A stretch of DNA of 64,000 bases from Callorhinchus milii (Eukaryota), in assembly GCF_018977255.1 (NCBI RefSeq), contig NW_024704745.1, positions 11,966,001-12,030,000 on the forward strand. The letters run 5' to 3'. The notes beneath the pieces were generated by a model that was not told where the DNA came from, did not search any database, and saw only the letters and a program-made list of their open reading frames with translations. Made by a program: the position numbers and the translations under genes. Below are positions 1 through 9,908 of the stretch, piece after piece; position 1 is the first letter of the stretch; every line of letters starts with the position of its first letter.

Positions 1-268
1 TAATCGTAAAATTAGAGCTAGGCCATTTAGGAGTGAAGTCAGGAAGCCTTTTTTTTACCCAAAGGGTAGTAGAATTCTGAAACTCTCTCCCCCAAAAGGC
101 TGGATCCAATCACGTTTTTACGACTGAGGTGGATAGATTTCTGTTAGGTCAGGGTATCAAGGGATATGGAGCAAAAGTAGGTAATTGGAGTTGCTGCACA
201 GATCAGCCATGATCAAATTGAATGGCGGAACAGGCCAGAGGGACTGAATGGCCTACTCCTGTTCCTAT
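1..268 (+). mobile_element. CR1 LINE 3' end immediately upstream of the PTGFRN exon 2 acceptor
   Basis: aaaattagagctaggccatttagg...gtagaattctgaaactctct...gatcagccatgatc...gaatggcctactcctgttcctatg, a typical chondrichthyan CR1 terminus. Confidence 0.8.
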
Positions 269-309
269 GAAAGGAAATAATTGTTGTTCTTTCTTCCGTT
301 CTCCTGCAG

Positions 310-675
310 GTCTAAGCTCTGGTCGTATAGTGAAAGTGCCGTCAGGCCCTCTGTACCGTGTGCTAGGCAGCTCTGTCGACATCCCGTGCAGTGTCAGTGA
401 GTACCAGGGCCCGGCTGAACAGAATTTTGATTGGACGGTGCTCCGCGGGGACCGGTCTGTTAAGATTGACAGCACGTGGGAACCGAATTTCTTCGACCCC
501 GAATATAAAGAGAAAGTGACGAGAAGAGAGATCACAGTGCAGAGGCTCAGCAACAACTCCACCCAGCTTCATTTCACCAGTGTTACATTTCAAGATGAAG
601 GACAATACACTTGTGAGACACCCAGTACTGATGAGAATAGTGCCGGGAACTACGACGCTCAGGTATATCTGAAAG
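310..675 (+). CDS. PTGFRN: PTGFRN coding exon 2 (Ig-V domain 1); signal-peptide exon is upstream of the window
   Basis: Acceptor ttcttccgttctcctgcag ends at 309 and donor gtaagt starts at 676; phase 1 at both ends. Reads GRIVKVPSGPLYRVLGSSVDIPCSVSEYQGPAEQNFDW...STWE...DEGQYTCETPSTD...GNYDAQVYLK, matching human PTGFRN D1 (GRVVRVP...EQNFDW...STWE...TPSTD...GNY). Confidence 0.95.
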
Positions 676-699
676 GTAAGTTTAGGGGAAGTTGTATTC

Positions 700-970
700 A
701 TTCTTACAGTATAATGCAATTTATGTTTATATACTGTTATACCGCCTTTCGTATCGGGAGAGCATCTCAAAAAGCATTTTACCCTGCTGGCTGGGCACCT
801 GAGCTGGGGGTGGGGGTGAGTGGGAGCTGAAGAGGGTGAGTAGCCGGAAAGGTGACTAAAAACAGTCAAAAGGGTAAGCCTTGAGGCAGGAAAGGAAAGG
901 GGAAGAGTCAAAGGGACTCCAGGGAACATGAACAGAGTGGCTGAGAGCTCGCCTGCTGATAGTGGGGAGG
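700..970 (-). mobile_element. Old L2 3' remnant, interrupted by the SINE at 975
   Basis: Purine-rich tract with aaaacagtcaaaagggtaagccttgagg, the reverse complement of an L2 3' UTR. Confidence 0.5.
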
Positions 971-974
971 ATAA

Positions 975-1294
975 GTCCTGTAGCTCAGTGGTTAGAGCAC
1001 TCGCTTTGCAAGTGAGAGACCCGAGTTCAATTCCAGGCAGAGGGCGAAACCTTGGGCAAGTTTCCTTACTCCACACAGAGCCTAATAATAATCCCTCCAA
1101 AACCAAAAACAATAATAAATTGGTCATTTTCAATCTACGACTGTTTGTGGGACATTGCTGTGCGCAATTGGCTGCCGCGTTCGCCCACAAATATACAGTC
1201 AATTCACTTTACAGTGTGTTCTGTGAAGCGCTTTGGGACGTCCTCCCGACGTGAAAAGCGCTATATCAAATGCAAGGATTATTATTATTATTAT
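975..1294 (+). mobile_element. tRNA-derived SINE (young, internally deleted subfamily): tRNA head + partial Deu-like domain + L2 tail + (TTA)n
   Basis: A box tagctcagtgg, B box gagttcaattcc, ctgtttgtgggacattgctgtgcgcaattggctgccgcgtt, tail gggacgtcctcccgacgtgaaaagcgctatatcaaatgcaagga(tta)n. Confidence 0.92.
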
Positions 1295-1771
1295 AAGGCA
1301 GGCGACATGAAACGTGGGTAGGTAGTATATTTAACTGGTCTTTTCTATTGAAAGACTAGGCATGAAGATCCCCAGCTAGATTATATACACTTTCATTACA
1401 TTTCCCACTGTTAACAGTACAGTGGAACATTGATGATCTCCGAGGAGACAATCCTGGTAGATAATTGAAATCAGTAGATATTTCAGATTTGCTTCAAAAT
1501 CATGAGTTTCACCTTTTTATTGTATAATTTTTATGTTGGGATGTTTGGGATGTCCTCGCAACATGAAAGATGCTACATAAACGAAATGTGTTATTTGTTG
1601 CTGTTGATGTTACAGTACATCAAGGTAAGTAAAACATGGGATTGTTTCATAACTGTTATACGAAAGCTGGGGGGAGAAGGGAAGTGGGAGGGGTAGAGAG
1701 ATTGCCACACTCTCAGCAATCCCATCTCCCCAGCCAATGGCACGATGGATGGGCTTGAAGATTTCAGTGCT

Positions 1772-2078
1772 GGCTCTGGAACTCTTATCCCCCAGTGCCT
1801 TCGCCGCTTCCTCCCTCTCCTCCTTCAAGGCCGGTCTCAAAACCTTTCTCTTTGACCGAGCCTTCAGCTCCCCTCTCGACTCTCTTCCCCCTTCTCGCTC
1901 CCTCCCTTCCCTCCCCTCACCCTGACCATTCCCCCTCCTTGCTCCCTCCCTTCCCTCCCCTCACCCTGACCATTTCCCCCCTGCTCGGGTCATGACCCAA
2001 CTGTGCAGTGCCTTGGGACGTCCTCCTGACGTGAAAGGCGCTTTATAAATGGAATCTTGTTGTTGTTGTTGTTGTTGT
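1772..2078 (+). mobile_element. Young L2 3' end, near-identical to the 11.68-12.03 kb segment
   Basis: Shares ctctggaactct...cccagtgccttcgccgc...ggtcatgacccaactgtgcag...gacgtgaaaggcgctttataaatggaatct(tgt)n. Confidence 0.9.
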
Positions 2079-2576
2079 CATTGCTGTTTGCAGTCATGGA
2101 GAGCAATGTTATAATAAATAATAGTTAATCCTTGCATTTGTTATGGCGCTTTTCACATTTTCTAGAAGTCTCAAAGCGCTTAGTGCTTGTGGTGCACTTG
2201 CACACTGAGCACTTTATTTAACCAACTGATGCAACAGGAAGCCCAGACTCAATGAAATGAGAAGTTTCCTTTACTTTACAGATAATTAACAGGTGCTAGA
2301 GAGAGTTTGTTTTAATGTCTGTGACCTCCGCTCCTCAGACTTCAGTCTGTGTCTCATTCTTCATTCCCTCTGCCCCACCATTGGTAGCGAGCCTTGAGCC
2401 CCCGTGCCCCTCTTGTCTGAAACTCTCTCTCAAAGTGCTTCTCTCCTCACCCTGGAAACTCTCTTAGAATGAATCTTTAGAATGAATCTTTTTGAGCATG
2501 CCTTTAGCCAATCTCCTTAAATTCCCCCTTCTTTCCTTTCTGCCTAGGTATCCCTATTACCTTGGGAAGCCCTTCA

Positions 2577-2975
2577 GTGTATTATAGCTTAATGGTTAGT
2601 ACACTCGCTTCGCAGGAAAGGGGACCTGAGTTTGATTCCCAGCAGGGCGAAACGCTGGGCATGTTTCCTTACTCCACACGCCGCCTTTGTTTACCTAGCA
2701 GTAAACAAGAACCCGGTTGTTAGTCTTTTAGCGGAACGTTTTTCTGGGGGTATTAATCCCTCCCAAAAATAATAAAAATATATAATAATAATTTGGTCAC
2801 TCAATCCACGACTGTTTGTGGGACACTGCTGTATACAATTGGCTGCCGAGTTTCACCCACATAATGTACAGTCAATTCACTTTTGCAATATATTCGTATA
2901 TTCTGTGAAGCGCTTTGAGATGTCTCAAAGACGTGATAAGGCCCAATATCAGGTGCAAGGATTATTGTTATTATT
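2577..2975 (+). mobile_element. tRNA-derived SINE, full length
   Basis: Same head, body and tail, including the central tttacctagcagtaaa...cccggttgttagtc segment. Confidence 0.88.
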
Positions 2976-3439
2976 CTTGTTCATCCGATGTGCAAGGCCC
3001 TTTATAGGTGTGAGTTGTAATTCTGCTGTTTTCATACCAGAATGGATTATCACATTTTTCTGTCTTTAATACTTGCTCTGTTGATCCAGTTACTGAACCA
3101 GAAAGCTTGTGACAGTCAAAGAGGCTTTACTGTGTAGAATAGATCCCAAGTTAATGTTGTCATTCCTTAATGTGGGAATGTTCAAGTCTCACTGGGGTGT
3201 GCTTCCAGTAGCATTCTTGGTCCTGGCCATCTGCCACTATTATTACTGTACTGCGTGAAGCAGTGTAAGCTGTTCCAGAGTGTAAAGCAAGGGTGAGTGA
3301 GTGAGTGAGTGAGTAAACTGATTGTCCCTTTATAGTACTTAGTTTTGCAATGAAATTCAATACTGGTTGCTTCCCTTTTAAGCTTCTTGAAATATTTCTG
3401 GTTTCAATCAGTCCTGACTTATTTCTCTCATTTGAACAG

Positions 3440-3865
3440 TGATTCCCGATGGACTAACAGTGACACTCGGAAAATCCCGAAGTATAAAATCTAGGAATTA
3501 CACGGAAGGGGAGTCACTGGAACTCCAATGTATCGCAACCACAACCTCAACTATTCACACGCATGTGGCCATCACGTGGAGGTTAAAGTCAGAAGAGAGT
3601 GGGACCATGATGGATATTCTGTCGCTTACCGCAAAGGGAAAATTAAAGTCCGGTGACCAGTACAAAGACCGGTATGAAAGTGGTGACGTGAGGATGAGCA
3701 TTGAAGAAAGCGGTGTCTACAAATTGCTTATTGACCGTTTGCGTCCCGAGGATCAGGGCACCTACCTGTGCGTAGCAGAGGAATGGGTTATGGAAGATGT
3801 TGCCACCTGGAAAAATATCCTCGAGAAAAACACAGACATTGCATCGATTAAAGTACGATCATTGG
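3440..3865 (+). CDS. PTGFRN: PTGFRN exon 3 (Ig-V domain 2, EWI-motif domain; here EWV)
   Basis: Boundaries ...tttgaacag|tgatt and ttgg|gtagg. Reads VIPDGL...EGESLELQC...HTHVAITW...RYESGDVRM...DQGTYLCVAEEWV. Confidence 0.95.
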
Positions 3866-4539
3866 GTAGGTCACTTTTGATTTGACATGTAATCGATTCT
3901 AGGACTGGTTAAAACTTCATGGAGATGTTACAGAACAACTGGTCCAACGTTAGCCAGGGTCGGGTCCAGTTGGTGATAAATAAGTTGATACTTATTGAGC
4001 TTTCACGCACGAAGAATGGTAATTCTGAGCAGAGGTTATTTTTGCTTTCGATTTTTGTTTCTTTTGACAACACCGAAAGGGGAGAAAGTACACCTGGAAT
4101 TCGGGTCACTATCATTTTCTGAGCATGTCAGAGCATTCAGAGTTTTGGAAATTGTTGAATTGATTCTCGTCTTTTGAGACATTTTTCTGTCCAGTTCTTA
4201 AAAGAAGCTGGCTGCAAAATATAAAGATTTGCCTAATTCTCAACCCTCTGAAACTCTACATGACTGGAGTAAATCTTGACCTAGGTGGAATTTCTCCCCC
4301 TGAATTCGTGCTGAGCAAACAGCTTGGTACCAATCATGAATTTGTTCATCTTTTGAAAGTTGTTTGCTCAGACATACAGTTTTGAGTTCGGAGTTCGGAG
4401 CTCAGACCCACCATTTCGAACTGCCATGGACTGACTCAAATCTCATACACCCTGCCCTGGGATCACTTCTGCTATTTGAACTCCCTGGGCTTTGATGATC
4501 TTGTCTGAAATATTACTAAAGAATGTATTTTTTTTTCAG

Positions 4540-4926
4540 CTGAGGCTCTGGCAGTCTCCACATTCAGTGGCAACCTGACTCTAAACAAAGAAAGTAACCT
4601 TAATCTCAGCTGCCTTGTGACAGGAGTTGAGGATCTGGCTGTGGTCGAGGTGGGCTGGTATTTCAGCTCTTCTCTGCCAACCAATGCTCAGAGCCAATCA
4701 AGCCTGGTGTACATGGACCGAACGGCAGTAGTGAACAATTCGAATTCCGTCACACTGAGCAAGATTAGCAGCAACGAGTACAGACTGAGAGTGCAGCAGG
4801 TTGACGAAACGGACAGTGGCTACTACTACTGCACAGCATCCGTCTGGATCCGGGGGTCGAGCGGAACGTGGAAAAAAGCAGCAGAAAAGACATCTAATTC
4901 TGTCCCTGTCAGAGTTAGTTTCTTAG
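4540..4926 (+). CDS. PTGFRN: PTGFRN exon 4 (Ig-V domain 3)
   Basis: Boundaries tttttttttcag|ctgag and ttag|gtaat. Reads AEALAVSTFSGNLTLNKESNLNLSCLV...GWYFS...DSGYYYCTASVW...WKKAAE. Confidence 0.93.
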
Positions 4927-4950
4927 GTAATTTATTACTTACAGCATTTT

Positions 4951-5075
4951 ATTATAATAATAATCTTTGCATTTAATATAATGCCTTTGAGACGTCTCAA
5001 AGCGCTTCACAGGATTTACTGTGAAACGTAATGACTGTGTGTTTTGCAGGCGAACTTGGTAGCCAATTTTAAACA
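4951..5075 (-). mobile_element. SINE tail fragment
   Basis: (ata)n atctttgcatttaatata...gagacgtctcaaagcgcttcacag. Confidence 0.7.
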
Positions 5076-5861
5076 GAGCAATGTGTCCCAAACAGAAATC
5101 TATATTGAGCCACAAATCGGTGTGTTTTACAACTGTAGACAGGATAATTAATGTACAACATTACCTGTTATGCACATAACCCCATTATGACGATGGATCC
5201 ATAACACTGGACATGGTGTTACAACAGGTCACGTGGTGGTGGTGGGAGGCGGGGGTGGTGGGGGGGTGCGGCGCGGGGGGAGAACTAGCAATTAGTTGCA
5301 CTTCCAGGTCATCGGGTCACCACTGACAACCCTGTTCTCCGCTCCTCAAATAATGGTTAAAGAGGCTGAAAATCAGACTGATTTGCTCCTTTGACTCGGC
5401 TGTTATTTGGCTAGCGAAGATCCCATGAAAACAACTTTGAAGGGAAATCTACAAGAAGAGGTCAATGCGCTTGCATAGGAGTGGTGTATCCCCAGGGCTA
5501 GTCTTTCTGCATCTCCAGCTTTATATTTTGGGAGTCAGATCCACTGTATTTGCTGTCAAGCACTGTGGGATGCTGCCCTGCCTGAGGAGCGCTATATAAA
5601 TGCAAGTTGTTGCTGTTGTATGCGACTTGGCCCGGGAGATCAGGCTCATAGTCGGGTCTTGCTGGACGTGTTGTTGGGAAAACCAGACATTACGTATCTC
5701 AGGTCTCCTCAAGAGATGAAAGTAGTTTACAAACTGAGTAAGTCACACTCTAATATTGGAGGGTGAGAGGGGGTTACTGAGATCCAATTGAGGCAACTTC
5801 ATTTGCTGTCCCCACTCTGCACAGACCCAGGGACCATCCATTGAATGTCCTTTATAGCAGG

Positions 5862-5967
5862 ATAATCCTTGTATTTCATATCACGCCTTACCATGTCTTT
5901 GAGACGTCTCAAAGCTCTTCACAGAATATACTGTAAAATGAATTGACTGTATATTTTGTGGGTGAAA
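5862..5967 (-). mobile_element. SINE tail fragment
   Basis: ataatccttgtatttcatatcacgcctta...gcttcacagaatatactgtaaa..gaattgactgtatattttgtggg (approximate). Confidence 0.8.
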
Positions 5968-6084
5968 AGATAAGATCTTATAAGTCAGGCTGACTGACCC
6001 ATATCCAAGGTGCTTTTCTTTGGTTGTCCAGCATGCATTTGAGATGTGAGGTGAACTTTGTTCTGATCGACTTATCATCCTCAG

Positions 6085-6519
6085 ATTCTTCGTATTCTGT
6101 GAAAATGAATTTGATAAAGGGAGCTCATTCCTTTGGGGATTCAGCGGTGATGGAATGTCAAGTGGTGGATGTGCAGAACCTAGGGAGCTCGGGGATGGAG
6201 AGTCCCAGACTCACCGTGTCCTGGTATTTCAAACCTGAGAAGAATGGCAGTGACTGGGTGAATATACCCTTAGCATCGATGAATGAAGAGCTGATACTAA
6301 CAGTGGACAATGAGTATAAGGAGCGAGCAGAAAAGGGAGAACTAATTTTCACCAAATCTCAGCTCAATACTTTCAGGTTTCAGATTCAGCAGGCTCTCAT
6401 CTCTGATAAAGGCGAATATTTTTGCAAAGTCTCTGCCTGGGTTAAGCATCGGGATGACTCGAGGATGAAATCCAAGACAGTCGCTTCAGACCCTGTCATC
6501 ATGTCCTGGCAAACACAAG
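6085..6519 (+). CDS. PTGFRN: PTGFRN exon 5 (Ig-V domain 4)
   Basis: Boundaries atcctcag|attct and caag|gtgaat. Reads MECQVVD...LTVSWYF...ERAEKGELIFTK...TFRFQIQ...DKGEYFCKVSAWVKHR. Confidence 0.95.
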
Positions 6520-7089
6520 GTGAATTAAGTGTTCCTGGCATATTCTAACAAGAACAAAAGATTTATTTATTTAAGACAAGGAAAATCCATTGCTAGCAAA
6601 CCACTACTGATTGTTTTCAAGCAACATAATGTATCCTTCTCACTTTATCTCTTCCCTCTCCAGAAATGCATCCAAATATTTGCCTCGAGTTGTTTATAAT
6701 GTTCACTTCAATAATTCCTGTCAATTTATTAAATACAATCTTGCTTTTTATATATCAAAGAGTATTTTTGTATGTAGATTAAATTATTCTCTCCTACTTT
6801 CCTAAAAGTGCGTGCATTTAGTTTGATAGATTATAGTATCTCCCTTGTTGAACCATCAATGCCTGGGTTGAAAAATTTCCTGTGTAGGTCTCCCCCACTG
6901 CTTTGGAAAAGCAGCTGATTGAGGTTGGAAACTTGATCTACTGAACTTTGAGGATGCTATACCATACCCAACTATTCTAGGAAGTTTGAGATCCAGCATT
7001 TTGTGCATTAGACAATCCACAAGATCATGGGATAGGTTTGGATGAAGGACTGTTGGCCCATTTGATCTCATGCCCACCAGAATGCCCAC

Positions 7090-7290
7090 CCTTCTGCCTT
7101 CCTGTTATTAGCAACAAGCTGTTTCTTAAACCAATCCATTGCAGCAGCTTCAACAACCCTTCCTTGTAAACCATTCCAGCTGTCCTGGAAGCTCCCCTCT
7201 ATGTAAAGGAATACTTCCTGTTGTCTGTCTGAAACTTGCCCTTCACATCTCAGAGCTTGCGACGTCTAGTCTGCTATTCTCCCCATATAA
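7090..7290 (-). mobile_element. CR1 3' fragment (old)
   Basis: tttcttaaaccaatccattgcagcagcttcaacaacc...cattccag...aggaatacttcctg. Confidence 0.55.
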
Positions 7291-7462
7291 GGCTAGCAGG
7301 TGGATGATCTGAAGGGATCAGTACGATACCTTTTGATAGCAACAGCTGCCAGTTACAGTTGACCCAGATTTCCTGCATTTCACTGTTTTGTCTTGATGAC
7401 TTGATAAGGCACTACGTCAAATGCAAGTATTATTATTAATATTATTGTTCTCTATTTCTCAG

Positions 7463-7876
7463 TTCCAAGCTTGAATATTAAAGCAACAGGGGAGAAGCCA
7501 GTGTCTACAAGAGGCAATACGTTTGAGATGACCTGTAGCGTTTCCTCCAAGCACGTGACTGTGTCCCGTTACTCAGTGGTGATCGCAATGAAAGAACCAA
7601 CCTCTCCCGATGCAAATGACATTAAAACACTAATTTCCTTGAGCCGGGACTCTGTGGTCCAACTGGAGACCTGGGACACCAAGGACCGATCGGAGGATGT
7701 CATTCTGGAGAAGGTCAGCGACAACGAATTTCGTTTCCGGCTGTTCAGGACCCAGTTTGCTGACGAAGGAATGTATTATTGCATGGTTCAGGCATGGATA
7801 CCAGACACGAATGGCGGGTGGCTCAAGTCTGCTGCAAACTCATCAAATACAGTATCTATTGCCTTTAAAACAGCAG
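7463..7876 (+). CDS. PTGFRN: PTGFRN exon 6 (Ig-V domain 5)
   Basis: Boundaries tatttctcag|ttcca and gcag|gtagg. Contains GNTFEMTCSVSSK, RYSV, DSVVQLETW, VILEKVSDNEFRFRLFRTQ, close to human GNTFEMTCKVSSK...VVLEKVQEDEFRYR. Confidence 0.95.
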
Positions 7877-9730
7877 GTAGGTGTGCATTTAATCACTCCA
7901 GAAAAGTACAGTCCTGCTATTAGCTCAGGCTGCAGTTATGCTGGACATTCATATCTGCTTCTGCAGAAAACTGGTGATCTGAGGGGAGAAATTCCTTCTG
8001 GGTCCAGACTTTTTCCCCTTATCATTTTGAAGCGTGGACATTCAAGAGAACTTTCAAATTCTGTCTCAATTTTGAAGCCAGTTTTCCGTAGTCCTAAAAA
8101 GAACCTACAGAAAACCCGCTTCTAGATTTAAGATTGAGTTTAAGAATTGACCAAAATTTGCAGTGAAATACTAAGCGAAAAAAATTCTAACTCTGGATCC
8201 AGATGGAATTCCTCCAGGGTCATAAAATCCCTTGGTGCGTGGGTGGTCTGGACTTTGGAACAAATGGAAAGTTTGCGACCTTGAATGCGCAATTGAATGG
8301 AAGTTCCTAAAACCGACAGAGGAGGGTTACCATTTCGGGTTTTTTCGGAGTGCTGGTTTTCCTCAAAAGTCTCCCAGCTGATCCAGTGAGAAGACTCTTT
8401 TCCCCCCTCATACACACATACCACCAACACCAATGATGTGGACAGCTGTTGTGCATCTGTTCTCTGACACTGACTGCACTGCTAAGTTGTGACCCAGGCA
8501 AACAATAATCCTATGTTTGGCTGGAAACACACGTAAGCCCTTACATACCACCAAGGCCTTTCTACCTTACATAAAGCAGGCATTTTCAGGACAGACTCAC
8601 AGATTGTACCAAAATAAATACTCATGTTAGTTACAACCGTTTCCCTGACAGGGCACAACTCATCAATAGTTAAAACACTACGTGGTGTATAGATTAACCC
8701 CCAGAGCAATTCTGCAAAAGGTTCTGAGCCTCACGGAGTTTGTTGAAATAAGCGTGTCTCAGTATTTCCATTGCTCTGTGTTCTGTTTCTTTCAAAGACA
8801 GAATAGCAACATTTCTTGTGGTGAACTACCAGAGTTTTGTTCAAACTATAAAAGAATATCTACTGAATACAGTATTTCACTCTGCCTGATAAGAGACTGA
8901 ATTTAAGCATTTTCCATACATTCTGCGTGAACTTAATATCTTAAAGAAATTTACAAAAGACTCAGTGAAATTTCATGGGTGAGACCATTGATGTGCAGCC
9001 CAAATTAAAAATGGTTACGAGGCTGCCCTTGGAAGAATATGTTATATAACCTGCAAGCACTTCCATAGTGTTTGGAAGTTATATAACTTATAATACCCGC
9101 ATTATAAGGCGCTATATTGTAATGTGAGTTTGCTTATAGACCCCAACATTTACTTAGTGAAAAACAAATGCGGCCGAAGGTGATGTTGGCAGCGACTTGA
9201 TGACAGTCATGTTTTAGTATACATGCAAACAGCAAAGTCGACATTATGAACTGACCAGAAGTGCTGTGAATGTGGAAGTGCCTACCAATGTGATCACGCC
9301 CCGCCATAATACTGTTTGGTATTTTATAGAAGCCCACCCCACCCCCACCCAATCTATTCATATAGGAACAGGAGCCCTGCGATAATGGCACTCCACTATA
9401 TTCCTTTTATTATATGAGTAATATAGAGAATTACTAAATCCTCTATTTGCCTGTTCACATTTGTGACACTGTTTCTAAGAGGATTACAATACAGTGATGG
9501 TGCATGGAGCTGCACCAGGGCTGTAGGAAGTAGTGGTGAACAGTCCACATTAATTTTATTCATTACTGAATGCATATAGTTGATTCTACGTCACCTCTGG
9601 GACCTTGGATTGAATCCAACCCAAACAGGGAGAATGAAAGCCTCCTGTCTAAAATCATAGAACTCATTTACTGTAGGTTGTTCACCCATCATGTCTGTAC
9701 TGGTGCTTGCTCCCATACTGGAACTACCTA

Positions 9731-9908
9731 CAGTAAACTCCTGATACCTCGATGCTGGGTTAACTTCTCACTACCGTTTGTGTCATCATGGTGTCAATAT
9801 CCTGGCTGCATTTATTTATATACTTATCCAATAGCCTAAATCGCGACTCTGGATAACTCGTCACTAAGCCCTTTCTCCTTGGAGTGGCGAGTTATCAGGA
9901 GTTTACTG
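9731..9908. mobile_element. 178-bp Tc1/mariner (pogo/Tigger-type) MITE
   Basis: 21-bp TIRs CAGTAAACTCCTGATA(C/A)CTCG with one mismatch; TA on the left (9729-9730) and TG on the right. Confidence 0.8.

Noticed and set aside
975-1048. tRNA-Ala(TGC)-like gene (and similar heads at 34985, 38244, 43860, 56186, 59934)
   Set aside because: Each is followed by SINE body and tail instead of a poly-T terminator, and the anticodon varies between copies. These are SINE heads.
1052-1321. Recurrent small ORFs such as MGKFPYST.../..[20 protein letters not shown]
   Set aside because: Translations of the SINE body and (TTA)n tail, repeated wherever the SINE occurs.
7978-8410. Possible ~430-bp DNA transposon with TGAGGGG(A/G)GAAA ends; similar word at about 4287
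   Set aside because: The terminal match is only about 11 nt and imperfect, with no TSD. It is probably an old element, but I cannot support a call.
9846-9902. Stand-alone intronic pre-miRNA
   Set aside because: Fully explained as the subterminal palindrome of the TA-flanked MITE 9731-9908; no resemblance to a miRNA I know.
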